A stretch of 64,000 nucleotides of DNA from Geopsychrobacteraceae bacterium (GCA_963676795.2 CAXXTB010000002.1:128001-192000); one strand, 5' to 3'; shown: positions 1 to 11,047, numbered from the stretch's first letter. Numbers and translations are program-made. Notes: generated by a model not told the origin, from the letters alone.

Positions 1-54
1 GTTCCCGCAACGGTTGCGGACTATATGCAGGCCCATTCACTTTATCAGAAGTAA
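1..54 (+). CDS. nadD: C-terminal fragment, probably nicotinate-nucleotide adenylyltransferase (partial)
   Basis: Frame 1 reads VPATVADYMQAHSLYQK*, resembling the NadD C-terminus; nadD-rsfS-rlmH synteny is common. Confidence 0.6.
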   Translation, partial: VPATVADYMQAHSLYQK

Positions 55-65
55 AAGGAAAAACT

Positions 66-425
66 TTGCAAGGAAAAGAAACCGCTCTTTTTGCAGTCGA
101 GTGTGCGCTCGATAAAAAAGCTCACGATCTCAAGCTGTTCGAGGTCAAGGAGCTGTCCTCTCTGACCGATTATCTGTTGATCGCCTCCGGGCGTTCGGAC
201 CGCCAGGTTCAGGCGATCGGCGAACACATCCGTCTTGAGATGAAGGAAAAGCATGGACTGCTGCCGTTGGCGATCGAAGGGATGGATCAGGGGCGCTGGA
301 TTCTGCTCGATTACGGCGATGTCATGATTCACGTTTTTCAACCGGAAGTGCGCGGTTTCTATGACCTTGAAGGGTTATGGACCGAGGCACCGGAAGTCGA
401 ACTGGAACGGACCTCCGTCGAGTGA
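66..425 (+). CDS. rsfS: Ribosome silencing factor
   Basis: DKKA..DL, SSLTDYLLIASG.S.RQV, WILLDYGDVMIHVF..R.FYDLE.LW motifs; TTG start. Confidence 0.95.
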   Translation: MQGKETALFAVECALDKKAHDLKLFEVKELSSLTDYLLIASGRSDRQVQAIGEHIRLEMKEKHGLLPLAIEGMDQGRWILLDYGDVMIHVFQPEVRGFYDLEGLWTEAPEVELERTSVE

Positions 426-889
426 AACTGAGACTGATCTGTGTCGGCAAGCTGGCCGAAGCCTGGCAGCTGGCGGCCGTCACAGACTACGCATCCCGAC
501 TGCAGCGCTACTTTCCGTTTGAGACGATCGAACTCAAGGAAGAGAAGGGAAGGGGCAGCACGAAGGAGATACTGAAACGCGAGGGGGAGCGGATTCTGGA
601 GAAGGTTCCGGAGCAATCTCTGCTGATCGCTCTTGATGAGCGAGGTCGCCAATTCAGTTCGGAACAACTGGCTGAGAAACTTTCCGTTGAAATGTTGCAC
701 GGCGGTCGCGACTGGTGCCTGGTGATAGGTGGCCCGTACGGCCTGGCCGATGCTGTCAGAGAACGGGCTGAGCTTTTGTTATCCCTGTCGAAGATGACTT
801 TTACCCACCAGATGGCCCGGGTCTTTTTGCTTGAGCAACTTTATCGTGGCTGTACTATAATCAGGAACGAGCCCTATCACAATCGATGA
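422..889 (+). CDS. rlmH: 23S rRNA pseudouridine-1915 N3-methyltransferase
   Basis: GTG start overlapping the rsfS stop; LICVGK, LDERG, IGGPYG, LSLSKMTFTHQMARVFLLEQLYR, EPYH. Confidence 0.95.
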   Translation: MKLRLICVGKLAEAWQLAAVTDYASRLQRYFPFETIELKEEKGRGSTKEILKREGERILEKVPEQSLLIALDERGRQFSSEQLAEKLSVEMLHGGRDWCLVIGGPYGLADAVRERAELLLSLSKMTFTHQMARVFLLEQLYRGCTIIRNEPYHNR

Positions 890-916
890 GCGGGTGTCCA
901 GGAGGATGATTGGCGG

Positions 917-1267
917 ATGAATGAACAATTGGCAGAAATCAAGGCACACCTTTTAAAAATGCGTGAGGAACTTCTTCAGGAGGCCGAACGCGCTTATGAA
1001 GCATCCCAGTCTTTGGGGCTGGATGGCGTTCCTGATATCGGAGATATGTCGTCCAACAGCTATAACCAGGAAGTTCTGATGAACCTGAGCGAAACCCAGC
1101 GTTCCCGGGTCCGTGATATCGATGCTGCCCTGGAGCGGATGGCGAAAGGGGTTTACGGACTCTGTGCCCGTTGCGAAGAAGAAATTCCACCGCGGCGGCT
1201 TGAGGTTCGTCCCTTCTCCCGCTATTGTGTCGATTGCAAAGCTGAAGTCGAAAAGTTTGGCGAATAA
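917..1267 (+). CDS. TraR/DksA C4-type zinc-finger protein
   Basis: Coiled coil with DIGD, then YGLCARCEEEI..RRL..P..YCVDC; GGAGG RBS. Confidence 0.9.
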   Translation: MNEQLAEIKAHLLKMREELLQEAERAYEASQSLGLDGVPDIGDMSSNSYNQEVLMNLSETQRSRVRDIDAALERMAKGVYGLCARCEEEIPPRRLEVRPFSRYCVDCKAEVEKFGE

Positions 1268-1318
1268 TCAAAGTCGCTGAAACAGCCCGCTGTTTGCCGG
1301 GTCGATCTGGAGATCACC

Positions 1319-2683
1319 ATGATTCGTGTCGCATTGTTTGTGCTGGTTCTGGTCGTATTCATCCTTGGCTTCCTGTTTTTTCAGGGGGTGAATCCGGGTG
1401 AGATGACGGTTCATCTGACCAGCGACCTGAGCTATACCCTGCCGATCAGCATCATGCTGATCAGCGTGCTTGTCATCGGTCTGCTGATCGGGACCGGTAT
1501 CCATATTCTCAGTGCGCTGCTGGTTTCCTTCCGCAGCTGGCGCGGTGGGCGCAGGCAGAAAAAAGCCGAAGAAGTCAGCAGTATCTACCGCAGCGGCGTC
1601 GGTCGCCTGCTCTCCGGCGACCTGAAAAAGGCCCGGACCCTGTTGACCAAGGCGCTTGAGCGCGACTCCAGGCGCGTCGATACCCATCTGGCCCTGGCCA
1701 GTGTCGCCCTGCAGGAAGGCAAGCCTGAAGAGGCGGTCGATCTGCTGCAGAAAGCCCGCAAGCTCGATCCCAAAGGGGTTGAGGTGCTTTTCAAGCTGGC
1801 CTCGACCTTCGAGGAGACCGGGCGCCGCGAAGAGGCGATCAATATCTACAAGGAGCTGCTCGCCGGGGATGCCGGCAACCGTAAGGCGATGCGTGCTCTG
1901 CGCGAGATCTTTGTCGATCTCGGTCAGTGGGATGATGCTCTTGATCTGCAAAAGCGGATTATCAAGGCGACTGCATCGGGACCCAAGGCGGATCAGGAGA
2001 AACAGGTTCTGCTCCAGCTGCGTTATGAGATTGTCAGCCTGCAGCTTGAAAACGGTGATGCCGACCCGGCGATCGATGTCTGCCGCGAACTGATCAAGCA
2101 GGATCCTTCATTCACTCCGGCGCGTGTGACTCTGGGGGATGCCTACCATCAGGCCGGCCGCAATCCCGAAGCTATCAAAGCCTATGAAGAGGGTTACAAG
2201 GCACTTAGGAAGAGTGTCTTTCTGGCCCGTCTCGAAGATCTCTATATCAACGCGGAAGATCCTGCCGCACTGATGGCCTTCTATCGTGCCCAGATGGACG
2301 CGGATCCCAATGATCTGCTGCTACGTCTCTATTTTGCCCGCCTCTGCCTGCGTCTGGAGATGGTCGACGACGCGATGCAGTACCTGAGCGATCTGGAAAG
2401 CAGCGGCGTCGAATTCACCAAGCTGCACCTGCTGCTGGCTGAAGCACAGCGTCGTCGTCACAATGTAGACGAAGCGATTCGTGAATATCAGAAAGCCCTC
2501 CATATCGATGGTTCCCTGCGTCTTGGCTATGTTTGCGAACACTGTGGAACCAAATATCAGCAGTGGTTGGGCCGTTGCTCCGAGTGCAAGAGTTGGGATT
2601 CTCTTGCGCTTCCGGAGCGTGAGCAGATGCAGAGTGTGCAACTGAACCAGCCGAAAATGATCCCTCATGGAGCACGGAGTTGA
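1319..2683 (+). CDS. LapA/LapB-like TPR membrane protein with C-terminal rubredoxin-like Zn site
   Basis: Two N-terminal TM helices, TPR-like repeats, YVCEHCG...[13 protein letters not shown]. Confidence 0.75.
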   Translation: MIRVALFVLVLVVFILGFLFFQGVNPGEMTVHLTSDLSYTLPISIMLISVLVIGLLIGTGIHILSALLVSFRSWRGGRRQKKAEEVSSIYRSGVGRLLSGDLKKARTLLTKALERDSRRVDTHLALASVALQEGKPEEAVDLLQKARKLDPKGVEVLFKLASTFEETGRREEAINIYKELLAGDAGNRKAMRALREIFVDLGQWDDALDLQKRIIKATASGPKADQEKQVLLQLRYEIVSLQLENGDADPAIDVCRELIKQDPSFTPARVTLGDAYHQAGRNPEAIKAYEEGYKALRKSVFLARLEDLYINAEDPAALMAFYRAQMDADPNDLLLRLYFARLCLRLEMVDDAMQYLSDLESSGVEFTKLHLLLAEAQRRRHNVDEAIREYQKALHIDGSLRLGYVCEHCGTKYQQWLGRCSECKSWDSLALPEREQMQSVQLNQPKMIPHGARS

Positions 2684-4212
2684 TGATGTCTGGCGGCCCG
2701 GTTGTTCTGACCATCCTTGACGGATGGGGTTTACGTGATGATTGTACTGATAACGCGGTCTGCCTCGCGAAGACCCCGGTGATGGACGGCCTGCTGGCCT
2801 CCTCTCCGAATAGCCGCCTGAGCGCTTCCGGCCGGGATGTCGGTCTGCCCGACGGACAGATGGGGAATTCGGAAGTCGGCCACATGAACATCGGCGCCGG
2901 ACGGATCATCTATCAGGATTTAAGCCGGATCAGCCTGGCGATCGAGGATGGCTCCTTCTTTGAAAACAGCGTCCTCAAAGATATCTGTACCAAGGTTGCT
3001 GCGAGCCGCAGCCGGTTACACCTGCTCGGTCTGCTCTCTGACGGGGGCGTTCACTCACACAACAGCCATCTTTACGCCCTGGTCAGGCTGGCCAAACAGT
3101 CCGGCGTTGCCGATGTCTGTATTCATGCCTTTATGGATGGCCGTGATACGCCGCCGCAGAGCGGTTATAAATATCTGGCCGAACTGGAAAAAGAACTCGA
3201 GAAGATCGGTCTTGGCCGGGTTGTGACGGTGACCGGCCGTTACTGGGCGATGGATCGGGATAATCGCTGGGAGCGGGTCGAATCTGCCTACAAGGCACTG
3301 ACTCTGGGGGTCGGTTTTCATGCCAACAGCTCAAGGGATGCCATTGAGCAGGCTTATGAGCTTGGTCAGACGGATGAATTTGTCGAGCCGACGGTGGTTG
3401 GTGCGACGGGTACCATCGATGATGGTGACGGCATTATCTTCTTCAATTTCCGCTCGGACCGGGCCCGTGAGATCACCCGGGCGTTGACCTTTGCCGAATT
3501 TGACGGATTCACCCGCAGCAAGCTTCCTCAGCTGGCCGGCTTTGTCTGTATGACCGAATATGATGAAACCTTCGGTCTGCCGATCGCCTACCCGTCGGAA
3601 ACATATCCGGATATCCTGGCTGAAGTGGTTTCCGGGGCAGGCCTCAAGCAGCTGCGCATTGCCGAGACCGAGAAGTACGCCCATGTGACCTTCTTCTTTA
3701 ATGGCGGCGTGGAAAAAGCCTGGCCGGGTGAAGACCGGGTCCTGATCCCCTCCCCCAAGGAGGTGGCGACCTACGATCAGAAACCGGCGATGAGTGCTGT
3801 CGAGGTGACGGACGAGGTCGTCCGGCGGATCGCCTCCGGGGATTATCAGCTGATCATCCTGAATTTCGCCAATGGCGATATGGTCGGCCATACGGGGATT
3901 CTCAAGGCGGCCATCGAGGCGGTCGAAACCGTTGACAGTTGCCTTGGCCGCGTTGTTGAAGCGGTCAAAACCGCTGGTGGCAAGATGTTGATCACGGCCG
4001 ATCACGGTAACTGTGAGCAGATGGTCGACGAGAGCGGCCAGCCCCATACCGCCCATACCAGCGACCCTGTACCGTTGATCCTGGTCGCCGGCGACGACGT
4101 TCGCTACCGTTTGCAAGACGGTATCCTTGCCGATCTCGCTCCGACCCTGCTGGATATGCTTGGCCTTGAACAGCCCGAGGCGATGACCGGGCATTCCCTG
4201 CTCGAACGCTAG
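2683..4212 (+). CDS. gpmI: 2,3-bisphosphoglycerate-independent phosphoglycerate mutase
   Basis: [47 protein letters not shown]. Confidence 0.97.
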   Translation: MMSGGPVVLTILDGWGLRDDCTDNAVCLAKTPVMDGLLASSPNSRLSASGRDVGLPDGQMGNSEVGHMNIGAGRIIYQDLSRISLAIEDGSFFENSVLKDICTKVAASRSRLHLLGLLSDGGVHSHNSHLYALVRLAKQSGVADVCIHAFMDGRDTPPQSGYKYLAELEKELEKIGLGRVVTVTGRYWAMDRDNRWERVESAYKALTLGVGFHANSSRDAIEQAYELGQTDEFVEPTVVGATGTIDDGDGIIFFNFRSDRAREITRALTFAEFDGFTRSKLPQLAGFVCMTEYDETFGLPIAYPSETYPDILAEVVSGAGLKQLRIAETEKYAHVTFFFNGGVEKAWPGEDRVLIPSPKEVATYDQKPAMSAVEVTDEVVRRIASGDYQLIILNFANGDMVGHTGILKAAIEAVETVDSCLGRVVEAVKTAGGKMLITADHGNCEQMVDESGQPHTAHTSDPVPLILVAGDDVRYRLQDGILADLAPTLLDMLGLEQPEAMTGHSLLER

Positions 4213-4221
4213 TTTAACGAG

Positions 4222-4953
4222 ATGCGGATGGAGACGCTGATGATTCACAGGCTCCGTCCGCTTCTGCATTTTTTCCTGCCGCGCGCCTGCCCGGTTTGCC
4301 TGGAAACTCTGGCGGATCAGTCCTCCCGCGCCCCGTTCTGCCCAGCCTGCATGAATTCTTTTCGCCACCTGACCGGGGCCGGACAGTGCAGTTGCTGCGC
4401 TCTGCCCTTTAAGGCCGCAGAACAGGCCCCCCATCGGTGCGGCCGCTGCAGTGCCGAGCCTCCTCCCTTTGTCCGGGTCTATGCCGTCGGACTCTACGAA
4501 AATGCCCTGCGCCAGGCCATTCATCTGCTGAAATTCAAGGGCAAGGTTCATCTCGACAAGCCTCTGGCCATTCTGTTGAATGCTGTGCTGCCTGAACAGT
4601 ATTCCTTTGATCTGATCGTTCCGGTTCCGCTATCACGCCGTGGTCTACGCCAGCGCGGTTACAACCAGGCCCTGCTGCTGGCTCGACAGCTCTCTGGACT
4701 GCGCCGGATCCCGCTGCTGGCGGCCGGGCTTGTCAAAACCAGGGAAACTTTGAGCCAGCATGACCTGGCGGCGGAGCAGCGGCACCGCAACCTGAGAGAT
4801 TCTTTCGCTCTGTTGCAACCGGTTGAGGGGCGTACGGTTCTGCTGGTCGACGATGTGCTGACCACTGGGGCGACCGCAAGCCTCTGCGCGGAAGCCCTGC
4901 TGAACGCTGGGGCCCGGGAGGTTCATGTCGCTGTCCTTGGGCGTGCCGATTGA
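4222..4953 (+). CDS. ComF family protein (double zinc ribbon + PRTase)
   Basis: CxxC pairs, VPVPL, RGYNQ, LLVDDVLTTGAT. Confidence 0.9.
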   Translation: MRMETLMIHRLRPLLHFFLPRACPVCLETLADQSSRAPFCPACMNSFRHLTGAGQCSCCALPFKAAEQAPHRCGRCSAEPPPFVRVYAVGLYENALRQAIHLLKFKGKVHLDKPLAILLNAVLPEQYSFDLIVPVPLSRRGLRQRGYNQALLLARQLSGLRRIPLLAAGLVKTRETLSQHDLAAEQRHRNLRDSFALLQPVEGRTVLLVDDVLTTGATASLCAEALLNAGAREVHVAVLGRAD

Positions 4954-5014
4954 TGTTCCTATTTTTGTGCTATAGTTGTTGCTCGATGTTTAATATCCGT
5001 AATCCGGAGTAACC

Positions 5015-6481
5015 ATGAAGCACAACCTCAAACGCCTGCTGGCAGACTATCCGCTCGAGACATTGCTGCAGACGATCCCGACCGGACTCTTTCTGGTTGA
5101 TACCGAAAAGACCATCGTCTACTGGAATGGGGAAGCCGAGCGGATTACCGGCTACCGGGCCGAAGAAGTGGTCGGCAAGCATTGTTCGGTTCTCGATGGA
5201 AACCCCTGCGATAAAGTTTGTGCTCTGTTCGACGAGACGATTGAAAAACCGAATATCGGGCGCATTTGCGAGGTACGCCATAAGAACGGGCAGGTTCTGA
5301 CCCTCAGCAAGAACGTCGATTTGCTGCGCGATCAGCAGGGGCGGGTCATCGGCGGTATCGAATCCTTTGTCGATATTTCGCGGCTTAAAAAGCTGGAAAA
5401 CAATCTGCGTGCCGAGGTCGCTGAAAAGACAGCTCAGTCGGAGCGTGAAAAAGCCGGTTTGCGCGCAGTTTTGGACGGCATGGTCGATCCGGCCTATATC
5501 AGTGATGATCAGTATCACATTATCTTTGCCAACCGGGCAATGTGCGAAATTATCGGTCATGAAGGGGCAGCTCTCTGTTATGAAGCGATTCATCGCAGCG
5601 ACCGGATCTGCCCCGACTGTCCGATGCCCCAGATCATGCGCGGGGAAATCGTCAGACAGGAAAAAAATCTGGATGACAGCGGGCGCCTGTTCGAACTGAT
5701 CCATACCCCTTACCCCGATGCTGAGCATCCCACCCATAAGCTGGCTGTCTGCCGTGACCTGACCGCCCGGATCGAGAGCGAGCGGCGGCTGGCTCAGACC
5801 AATCGGGAGCTGGATGCTTTTGTCTCCACGGTTTCCCATGACCTGCGTTCACCCTTGACGCCTCTTATCGGCTTTACCGAGCTGCTGGAAGAGCGCTATG
5901 CCGATCAGTTGGATGAGGTTGGGCGGGTCTGTATCAGCGAAATCCGCAATACTGCGGAACGGATGAAGGCCCTGCTGGAAGATCTGCTTTCGCTGTCCAG
6001 GGTCGGCCAGCTGAAGGTGCCGGAGCGGCCGGTCGATGCCACGGCGATTGCCAAGGATGTGCTGATGGAGCTGGCGGATAAGGTGCTGGAGAAGCAGGCT
6101 CAGGTCTCGATCGGCCCCTTGCCGGCGGTTCGCATTCCGGAGACTCTGTTGAATGATCTGTTCCGCAATCTGCTGGAAAATGCACTGAAATATGCAGCTG
6201 CCAAGGATCCGCATATCGAAATCTCCGGTCGCTCATTTACCGATCGGGTCAGGTACCAGGTCATCGATCACGGGCCGGGGATTGATGAGGAAGAACGGGA
6301 AGAGATCTTTGAGCCGTTCCGGCGCGGCAGTGGTAGTTTGAATTCAGACGGAACCGGCATCGGTCTGGCGACCGTGGCCAAGATCGCCCGGGTCTTTGGC
6401 GGCAGTGCCTGGGTCAGTGAGACGCAGGGCGGCGGTGCGACCTTCAATGTCGATCTGGTGATTGCCCACGAGGACCGCTGA
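5015..6481 (+). CDS. PAS-PAS sensor histidine kinase (no adjacent response regulator)
   Basis: Two PAS domains, SHDLRSPL H-box, NLLENALKY, DHGPG, GTGIGL. Confidence 0.92.
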   Translation: MKHNLKRLLADYPLETLLQTIPTGLFLVDTEKTIVYWNGEAERITGYRAEEVVGKHCSVLDGNPCDKVCALFDETIEKPNIGRICEVRHKNGQVLTLSKNVDLLRDQQGRVIGGIESFVDISRLKKLENNLRAEVAEKTAQSEREKAGLRAVLDGMVDPAYISDDQYHIIFANRAMCEIIGHEGAALCYEAIHRSDRICPDCPMPQIMRGEIVRQEKNLDDSGRLFELIHTPYPDAEHPTHKLAVCRDLTARIESERRLAQTNRELDAFVSTVSHDLRSPLTPLIGFTELLEERYADQLDEVGRVCISEIRNTAERMKALLEDLLSLSRVGQLKVPERPVDATAIAKDVLMELADKVLEKQAQVSIGPLPAVRIPETLLNDLFRNLLENALKYAAAKDPHIEISGRSFTDRVRYQVIDHGPGIDEEEREEIFEPFRRGSGSLNSDGTGIGLATVAKIARVFGGSAWVSETQGGGATFNVDLVIAHEDR

Positions 6482-6523
6482 ATTGTGTTGTTTGCCAATG
6501 CCAGTTTCTGACTTTTGCTAATT

Positions 6524-6927
6524 CGGTTCTGCCCGTCAGATGGGCATAGCCCATCGTTGGGCGCTTTCCGTTTGGCTGGTTAGGGCTTATCGAAGAAGGC
6601 ACGAGCGGCTTAGGTCGTTATTGAAAAAGTTTCTCTTGCCTCCTTTTCTTTTCGATAAAAGAAAAGGAGGTCGTCTGGCGGGGCGAGACCTGCCGGTGTT
6701 GGTTCTGATGTTTGTTATCTTGAAGGTCAAAACCACGGGGACTCGCCCCCGTACGGCGACCTTCTTTTGGCCAGGGCGCCAAAAGAAGGCAAAAACGCCC
6801 TTTAAAGCTGACGAAAATTATCAATGGTTTCTTCGTATTTTCACCGCAGCAACTGACTGGGCGCCCGACGATGAGCTGCGCATCATCTAATGGGCAGAAC
6901 CGGAAAAGCTCCGCGTTGCGGAGTTTT
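6524..6927. repeat. Palindromic REPIN/MITE-like intergenic element, copy 1 (empty)
   Basis: ~42-bp imperfect terminal inverted repeats (CGGTTCTGCCC at 6524; GGGCAGAACCG ending 6902), internal hairpins, flanking hairpin to 6927; homologous to the sequence on both sides of the intron at 30502-32899. Confidence 0.85.
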
Positions 6928-7010
6928 GATTGATGGTAGAAACAACAAGCCCCGAATTCATTTGAATTCAGGGCATGTTGGCATTCGTGTTTTGTGCGGT
7001 TTGTTTCCGC

Positions 7011-7511
7011 TTATTCGCGAACGAAGGTATTGATGTCGGTTTCGTGAACCATGCCCATCAATCGGGCATATTCCGATTCGATCAGGGCGTAGTGATGCTC
7101 GGTGGAGACGGCGTTCTCTTCAAAGATCGCCCGGACGTCCGGGTCGCTGATCTTGGCGGCCATCTCGCGCAGGCTTTCGGCCAGGCGTTTTTCTTTTTCC
7201 ATCGCCAGTTCCATCGCCTTGCGATCATCAAACCCTTCGAGCAGGGCCTTGTCCAGGTCGCTCAGCCATTCGCTGCTTCTTTCCGGTGGCTCTTCGATGA
7301 ATGCATCGAAGCTGGCGGGCAGCAGGTCGGGGCACAGGCATTTGTCAAAGAAATGTTTGGCGTGCTCACGCTCTTCGCGGGCGAGCAATTCGAAAGTCCT
7401 GATCGCGTCCTTGTTCTTCATCTGCTTGGAGGCAATCTGGTAAAAATTCATGGCATTTTTTTCGGTCTGAACCGAGCGGGCCAGGGCTTGCTTCACTTCA
7501 GCTTCATTCAT
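7011..7511 (-). CDS. Ferritin-like/rubrerythrin-family diiron protein
   Basis: EKNAMNFY, EEREHA, EKEK, E..H duplicated ferritin-like motifs; AAGGAG RBS. Confidence 0.85.
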   Translation of the reverse strand: MNEAEVKQALARSVQTEKNAMNFYQIASKQMKNKDAIRTFELLAREEREHAKHFFDKCLCPDLLPASFDAFIEEPPERSSEWLSDLDKALLEGFDDRKAMELAMEKEKRLAESLREMAAKISDPDVRAIFEENAVSTEHHYALIESEYARLMGMVHETDINTFVRE

Positions 7512-7794
7512 CGGAACATGTCTCCTTGTAGATAATTCACGCATTAATTGTATTGCGGTTCGGATTCAGTTATTTTGGCCCTCAGGATGCTTGTTTGGCA
7601 ATAGAGTTCAGCTCGTACGCCTGAAGGCTTTTGGTTAACGATGTTTGCGATTTGCTTCCACTGAATTGTATACAGTATTAAATATATAGCAGAAACTGCA
7701 GGCTGGTACAGTACAAATCGTTCAGCCTGGCTTTCAGAACGTTATTCTAGAATATTCCGTCTGTGACGGATCAACAGCTGTTAAAGAGAAAAAT

Positions 7795-8409
7795 ATGATT
7801 ATCCGTTCTGCAGAATTTGTCAAAAGTGCAACCCGGCCGGGTAATTACCCGCCCGAAACTGTTCCTGAAATCGCCTTCGCCGGACGCAGTAATGTCGGTA
7901 AGAGTTCGCTCATCAATACTCTGCTGAACCGGCGTAACCTGGTCAGGACCTCGTCGACACCGGGGCGAACCCAGCTGTTGAACTTTTTTCAGGTCAACGA
8001 CAGTTTTTCACTGGTCGACCTGCCCGGCTACGGTTTTGCCAAGGTTCCGCTGGAGGTCAAGAAGGCCTGGGGGCCGATGATCCGTACCTATCTGGAGAGC
8101 CGTGAGAGCCTCTGCGGGGTGGTCTTTATTCTCGATATCCGCCGGGTCCCGGGGGAGGAGGACCTGCAGATGCTCGACTGGCTGGAAGAGTTCGCTGTTC
8201 CGACCATTCCGGTTATCACCAAAATCGACAAGATCGGCCGTGCCCAGCGCCATAAGCAGGTGCGCCAGATCGCCGAAGCGACCGGGTTGCCTGTCGATGC
8301 CTTTTCGCTTTTCTCTTCCTTGAGCCGTGAGGGGAGCGAGGAGGTTTGGGAACGTATCGAGGACGCGCTCGACCCGGCTGCGGAGCAGGACGGAGAATCT
8401 GACGCTTGA
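7795..8409 (+). CDS. engB: Ribosome biogenesis GTPase YihA/YsxC
   Basis: [25 protein letters not shown]. Confidence 0.95.
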   Translation: MIIRSAEFVKSATRPGNYPPETVPEIAFAGRSNVGKSSLINTLLNRRNLVRTSSTPGRTQLLNFFQVNDSFSLVDLPGYGFAKVPLEVKKAWGPMIRTYLESRESLCGVVFILDIRRVPGEEDLQMLDWLEEFAVPTIPVITKIDKIGRAQRHKQVRQIAEATGLPVDAFSLFSSLSREGSEEVWERIEDALDPAAEQDGESDA

Positions 8410-8515
8410 TTCTTGCGGCCGGCAATTTTATGATCAGCACTCCGGAGTGAAAGGTCACTCAGGCGGCATCCAAACGACTTTGAGTTGTGACAGCAGCTTT
8501 TAAAAAGGCAAAAAC

Positions 8516-9730
8516 ATGAAATCAGTCTATGTCATCGGGACCGGTATGGCCGGCCAGGAAGGCTTCACCCAGCAGGCCCGCGATCTGGTCGCCACCAGTC
8601 GCCTGTTGTTCGGTTCCGAGCGCCTGCTGGCGTTTTTTCCCGAATATGCCGGTGAGAAGGTGGCGATCGATGAGCATAACCTGGCGGAAATGGTCGCTCG
8701 CCTTGAGGCGCTCGACGGCAGGGCTGTCGTTCTGGCAACGGGTGATCCGCTGTTTTTCGGTGTGGGGCGTTACCTGCTGCGCAATCTGCCCGGGAAAATC
8801 ATCGAATTTCTGCCCAATGTCACCTCGGTTCAATATGCCTTTGCCAAGATCCGTGAGCCCTGGGATGACTCTGTCTTCATCTGCGCTCAGGGACGGGTAC
8901 TCAAGAATATCGTCGACCGGATTGTCGCCAACGACAAGGCGGCTGTATTGACCGATACGGTCAACACTCCCGGCCTGATCGCCCGGGAACTGCTTAGCCG
9001 TGGGCGCGGTGGCTACAAGGTTTACCTCTGTGAGAATCTTGGCGGTGCTGACGAGCGGATTCGTGTTTCTGATGTCAAGGGGCTGCTCGAGCTTGAAGTG
9101 ACTGGGTTGAACGTTCTGATCCTGATCCGTGAATACGAGGACGACACCGATCGTTATGTGCCGACTCTGGGGATTCCTGATGAGGAGTTTGTCAGCGTCA
9201 AGAAGCTGATCACCCGTGAAGAGGTGCGAGTGGTAACCCTGGCCAAGCTGAAGCTGCGTCACGATTTGTGCCTCTGGGATATTGGTGCCGGTTCCGGTTC
9301 GATCTGCATCGAGGCCGATTTCCTGCTGCCGAACGGGCGGATCTTCGCCATTGAGCGCAATGAGGAGTGCTGCCAGTTCATTAAGGAGAACCTGCAGAAG
9401 TTCAACACCCGCAATGTCACTCTGGTCGAAGAAGAGGCACCTGAATGCCTTGACCAGCTGCCTGATCCGGACCGGGTCTTTATCGGCGGCAGTGGCGGAC
9501 ACCTGTGGGAGATCCTCGATACAGTCGATCAGCGCCTGGGCAGCGGCGGACGGATCGTTTTGAATGCGATGACGCTGGATACCCTGACCGCGGCTAATGA
9601 ATATTTCAGTAACTCCGGTTTCACGACTGAGGTTGTTACCGTTAACATCGCCAGGACGCGGCCCGATACCCAGTACCAGATGTTCGAGGCCTACGATCCG
9701 GTCTATGTCGTGACCGCGATCAAAGACTGA
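8516..9730 (+). CDS. cbiET: Bifunctional precorrin-6Y C5,15-methyltransferase CbiE/CbiT
   Basis: ATGDPLFFGVG in the N-domain; ITREEVR, WDIGAGSGS, PDRVFIGGSGG in the C-domain. Confidence 0.9.
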   Translation: MKSVYVIGTGMAGQEGFTQQARDLVATSRLLFGSERLLAFFPEYAGEKVAIDEHNLAEMVARLEALDGRAVVLATGDPLFFGVGRYLLRNLPGKIIEFLPNVTSVQYAFAKIREPWDDSVFICAQGRVLKNIVDRIVANDKAAVLTDTVNTPGLIARELLSRGRGGYKVYLCENLGGADERIRVSDVKGLLELEVTGLNVLILIREYEDDTDRYVPTLGIPDEEFVSVKKLITREEVRVVTLAKLKLRHDLCLWDIGAGSGSICIEADFLLPNGRIFAIERNEECCQFIKENLQKFNTRNVTLVEEEAPECLDQLPDPDRVFIGGSGGHLWEILDTVDQRLGSGGRIVLNAMTLDTLTAANEYFSNSGFTTEVVTVNIARTRPDTQYQMFEAYDPVYVVTAIKD

Positions 9731-9738
9731 AGGCCTCG

Positions 9739-9981
9739 ATGTCTGTCGCCCTGACTCCCGATCCGTCGCACCTGAAGAAGCTCGCCGCGGTCAGGATGCC
9801 CTACGGCAAGTATGCCGGTCGCCTGCTGATCAATCTGCCGGAACCCTATGTCGTCTGGATGGTCGGCAACAGCCTGCCGGACGGGCTTCTGGGACGACAA
9901 CTGCTGGAAGTCTATGAGCTCAAGGTCAATGGCCTTGAGACCCTGCTGCGCCCTTTCGCACCTCAGGATGTCAATGACTAA
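9739..9981 (+). CDS. DUF3820 family small protein
   Basis: MPYGKYAGRLLINLPEPYVVW...YELKVNGLE. Confidence 0.85.
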   Translation: MSVALTPDPSHLKKLAAVRMPYGKYAGRLLINLPEPYVVWMVGNSLPDGLLGRQLLEVYELKVNGLETLLRPFAPQDVND

Positions 9982-10936
9982 ACATCCATGGCAGCCTGGT
10001 CGCAGGCCGCTGATGCTCGCTCCGATGCAGGGGTTGACCAACCAGGCGCTGCGTCAGCTGTATATCGATCAGTATTCTCCCGATGTCGTCTTCACCGAGT
10101 TTGTCCGGGTTCACAAGCAGTCGCGCAAGCGGGTCGCGCGCGGTGATCTGAGCGAGATCGCCGAGCACTCAGGTGATGTGCCGCTGGTTGTTCAGCTGAT
10201 CGGCAGTGGTGCCCAGGCCTTGGCCGAAGCGGCCGATATCGTTCAGCGCTCCGGCTGTGAGCATCTGAATCTCAATCTCGGTTGCCCCTACGGGCGGATG
10301 ACCTCCGGGGCGACCGGCGGTGAACTCCTTAAAGAACCTGCCGGGCTCGCCGGGCTGCTGCATGCCCTGCGTGATGCGGTAAGCTGCGGGTTTTCGGTCA
10401 AATGTCGTGCCGGCTACGATAACCCGCGCCAGTTGTTCGAGCTGTTGCCGCTCTTTGAAGACTGCGGGGTCGATTTTTTGATCATCCATCCGCGCACGGT
10501 CGTTCAGAAATACAGTGGCAGTGCCGATCATGACCTGGTTGCTGAAGCCGTGACGAGAACCCGGCTGCCGGTCATCGCCAACGGCGATATCGTCTCTGCC
10601 GAGCAGGGGCTTGCCGTGCTCGAGCAGACCGGTGCCGCCGGTCTGATGATCGGTCGCGGCGCTCTGGCTCAGCCAATGCTGTTCGAACGGATTCGCTGCC
10701 GGGACCTTCAGCTTCCCGGTGAGGAACAGCGTCGCCGGGAGGTTTACCGGTTTCTGTATGATCTGCTCGAGCGTTACCTGGTCAGGTTCTGTGGTGATCG
10801 CCAGGCCCTGATGAAGCTCAAGGATGTGATCAACTTCATCCCCGATCCGGCGTTGCAGAGGGATCTTGGCAAGTTGAAACGGGTCACGACAGTCGAAGCC
10901 TTTAAGGTGCTGCTGGAATGTCGTTTTAACCCCTAA
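9974..10936 (+). CDS. tRNA-dihydrouridine synthase family protein
   Basis: LAPMQG, NLNLGCP, IHPRT, IANGDI, MIGRGA. Confidence 0.9.
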   Translation: MTKHPWQPGRRPLMLAPMQGLTNQALRQLYIDQYSPDVVFTEFVRVHKQSRKRVARGDLSEIAEHSGDVPLVVQLIGSGAQALAEAADIVQRSGCEHLNLNLGCPYGRMTSGATGGELLKEPAGLAGLLHALRDAVSCGFSVKCRAGYDNPRQLFELLPLFEDCGVDFLIIHPRTVVQKYSGSADHDLVAEAVTRTRLPVIANGDIVSAEQGLAVLEQTGAAGLMIGRGALAQPMLFERIRCRDLQLPGEEQRRREVYRFLYDLLERYLVRFCGDRQALMKLKDVINFIPDPALQRDLGKLKRVTTVEAFKVLLECRFNP

Positions 10937-11047
10937 GCTGTTTTTTAATGCCCCTGGCAGCACGCTTTTCCCACCCTTCACAAACCACTCTAAGTTTGTT
11001 CTCTAAAGCCCGACAAATAATGCAGAAAAGGGCTCTTTGCGCTCAGT

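Noticed and set aside
6540..6890. 116-aa and 68-aa ORFs in the intergenic repeat
   Set aside because: They span a palindromic repeat, have no protein motifs and are not preserved in copy 2
8410..8515. Possible cobalamin riboswitch upstream of cbiET
   Set aside because: Region is short and lacks the B12-box and GGGAA/GCCACUG core
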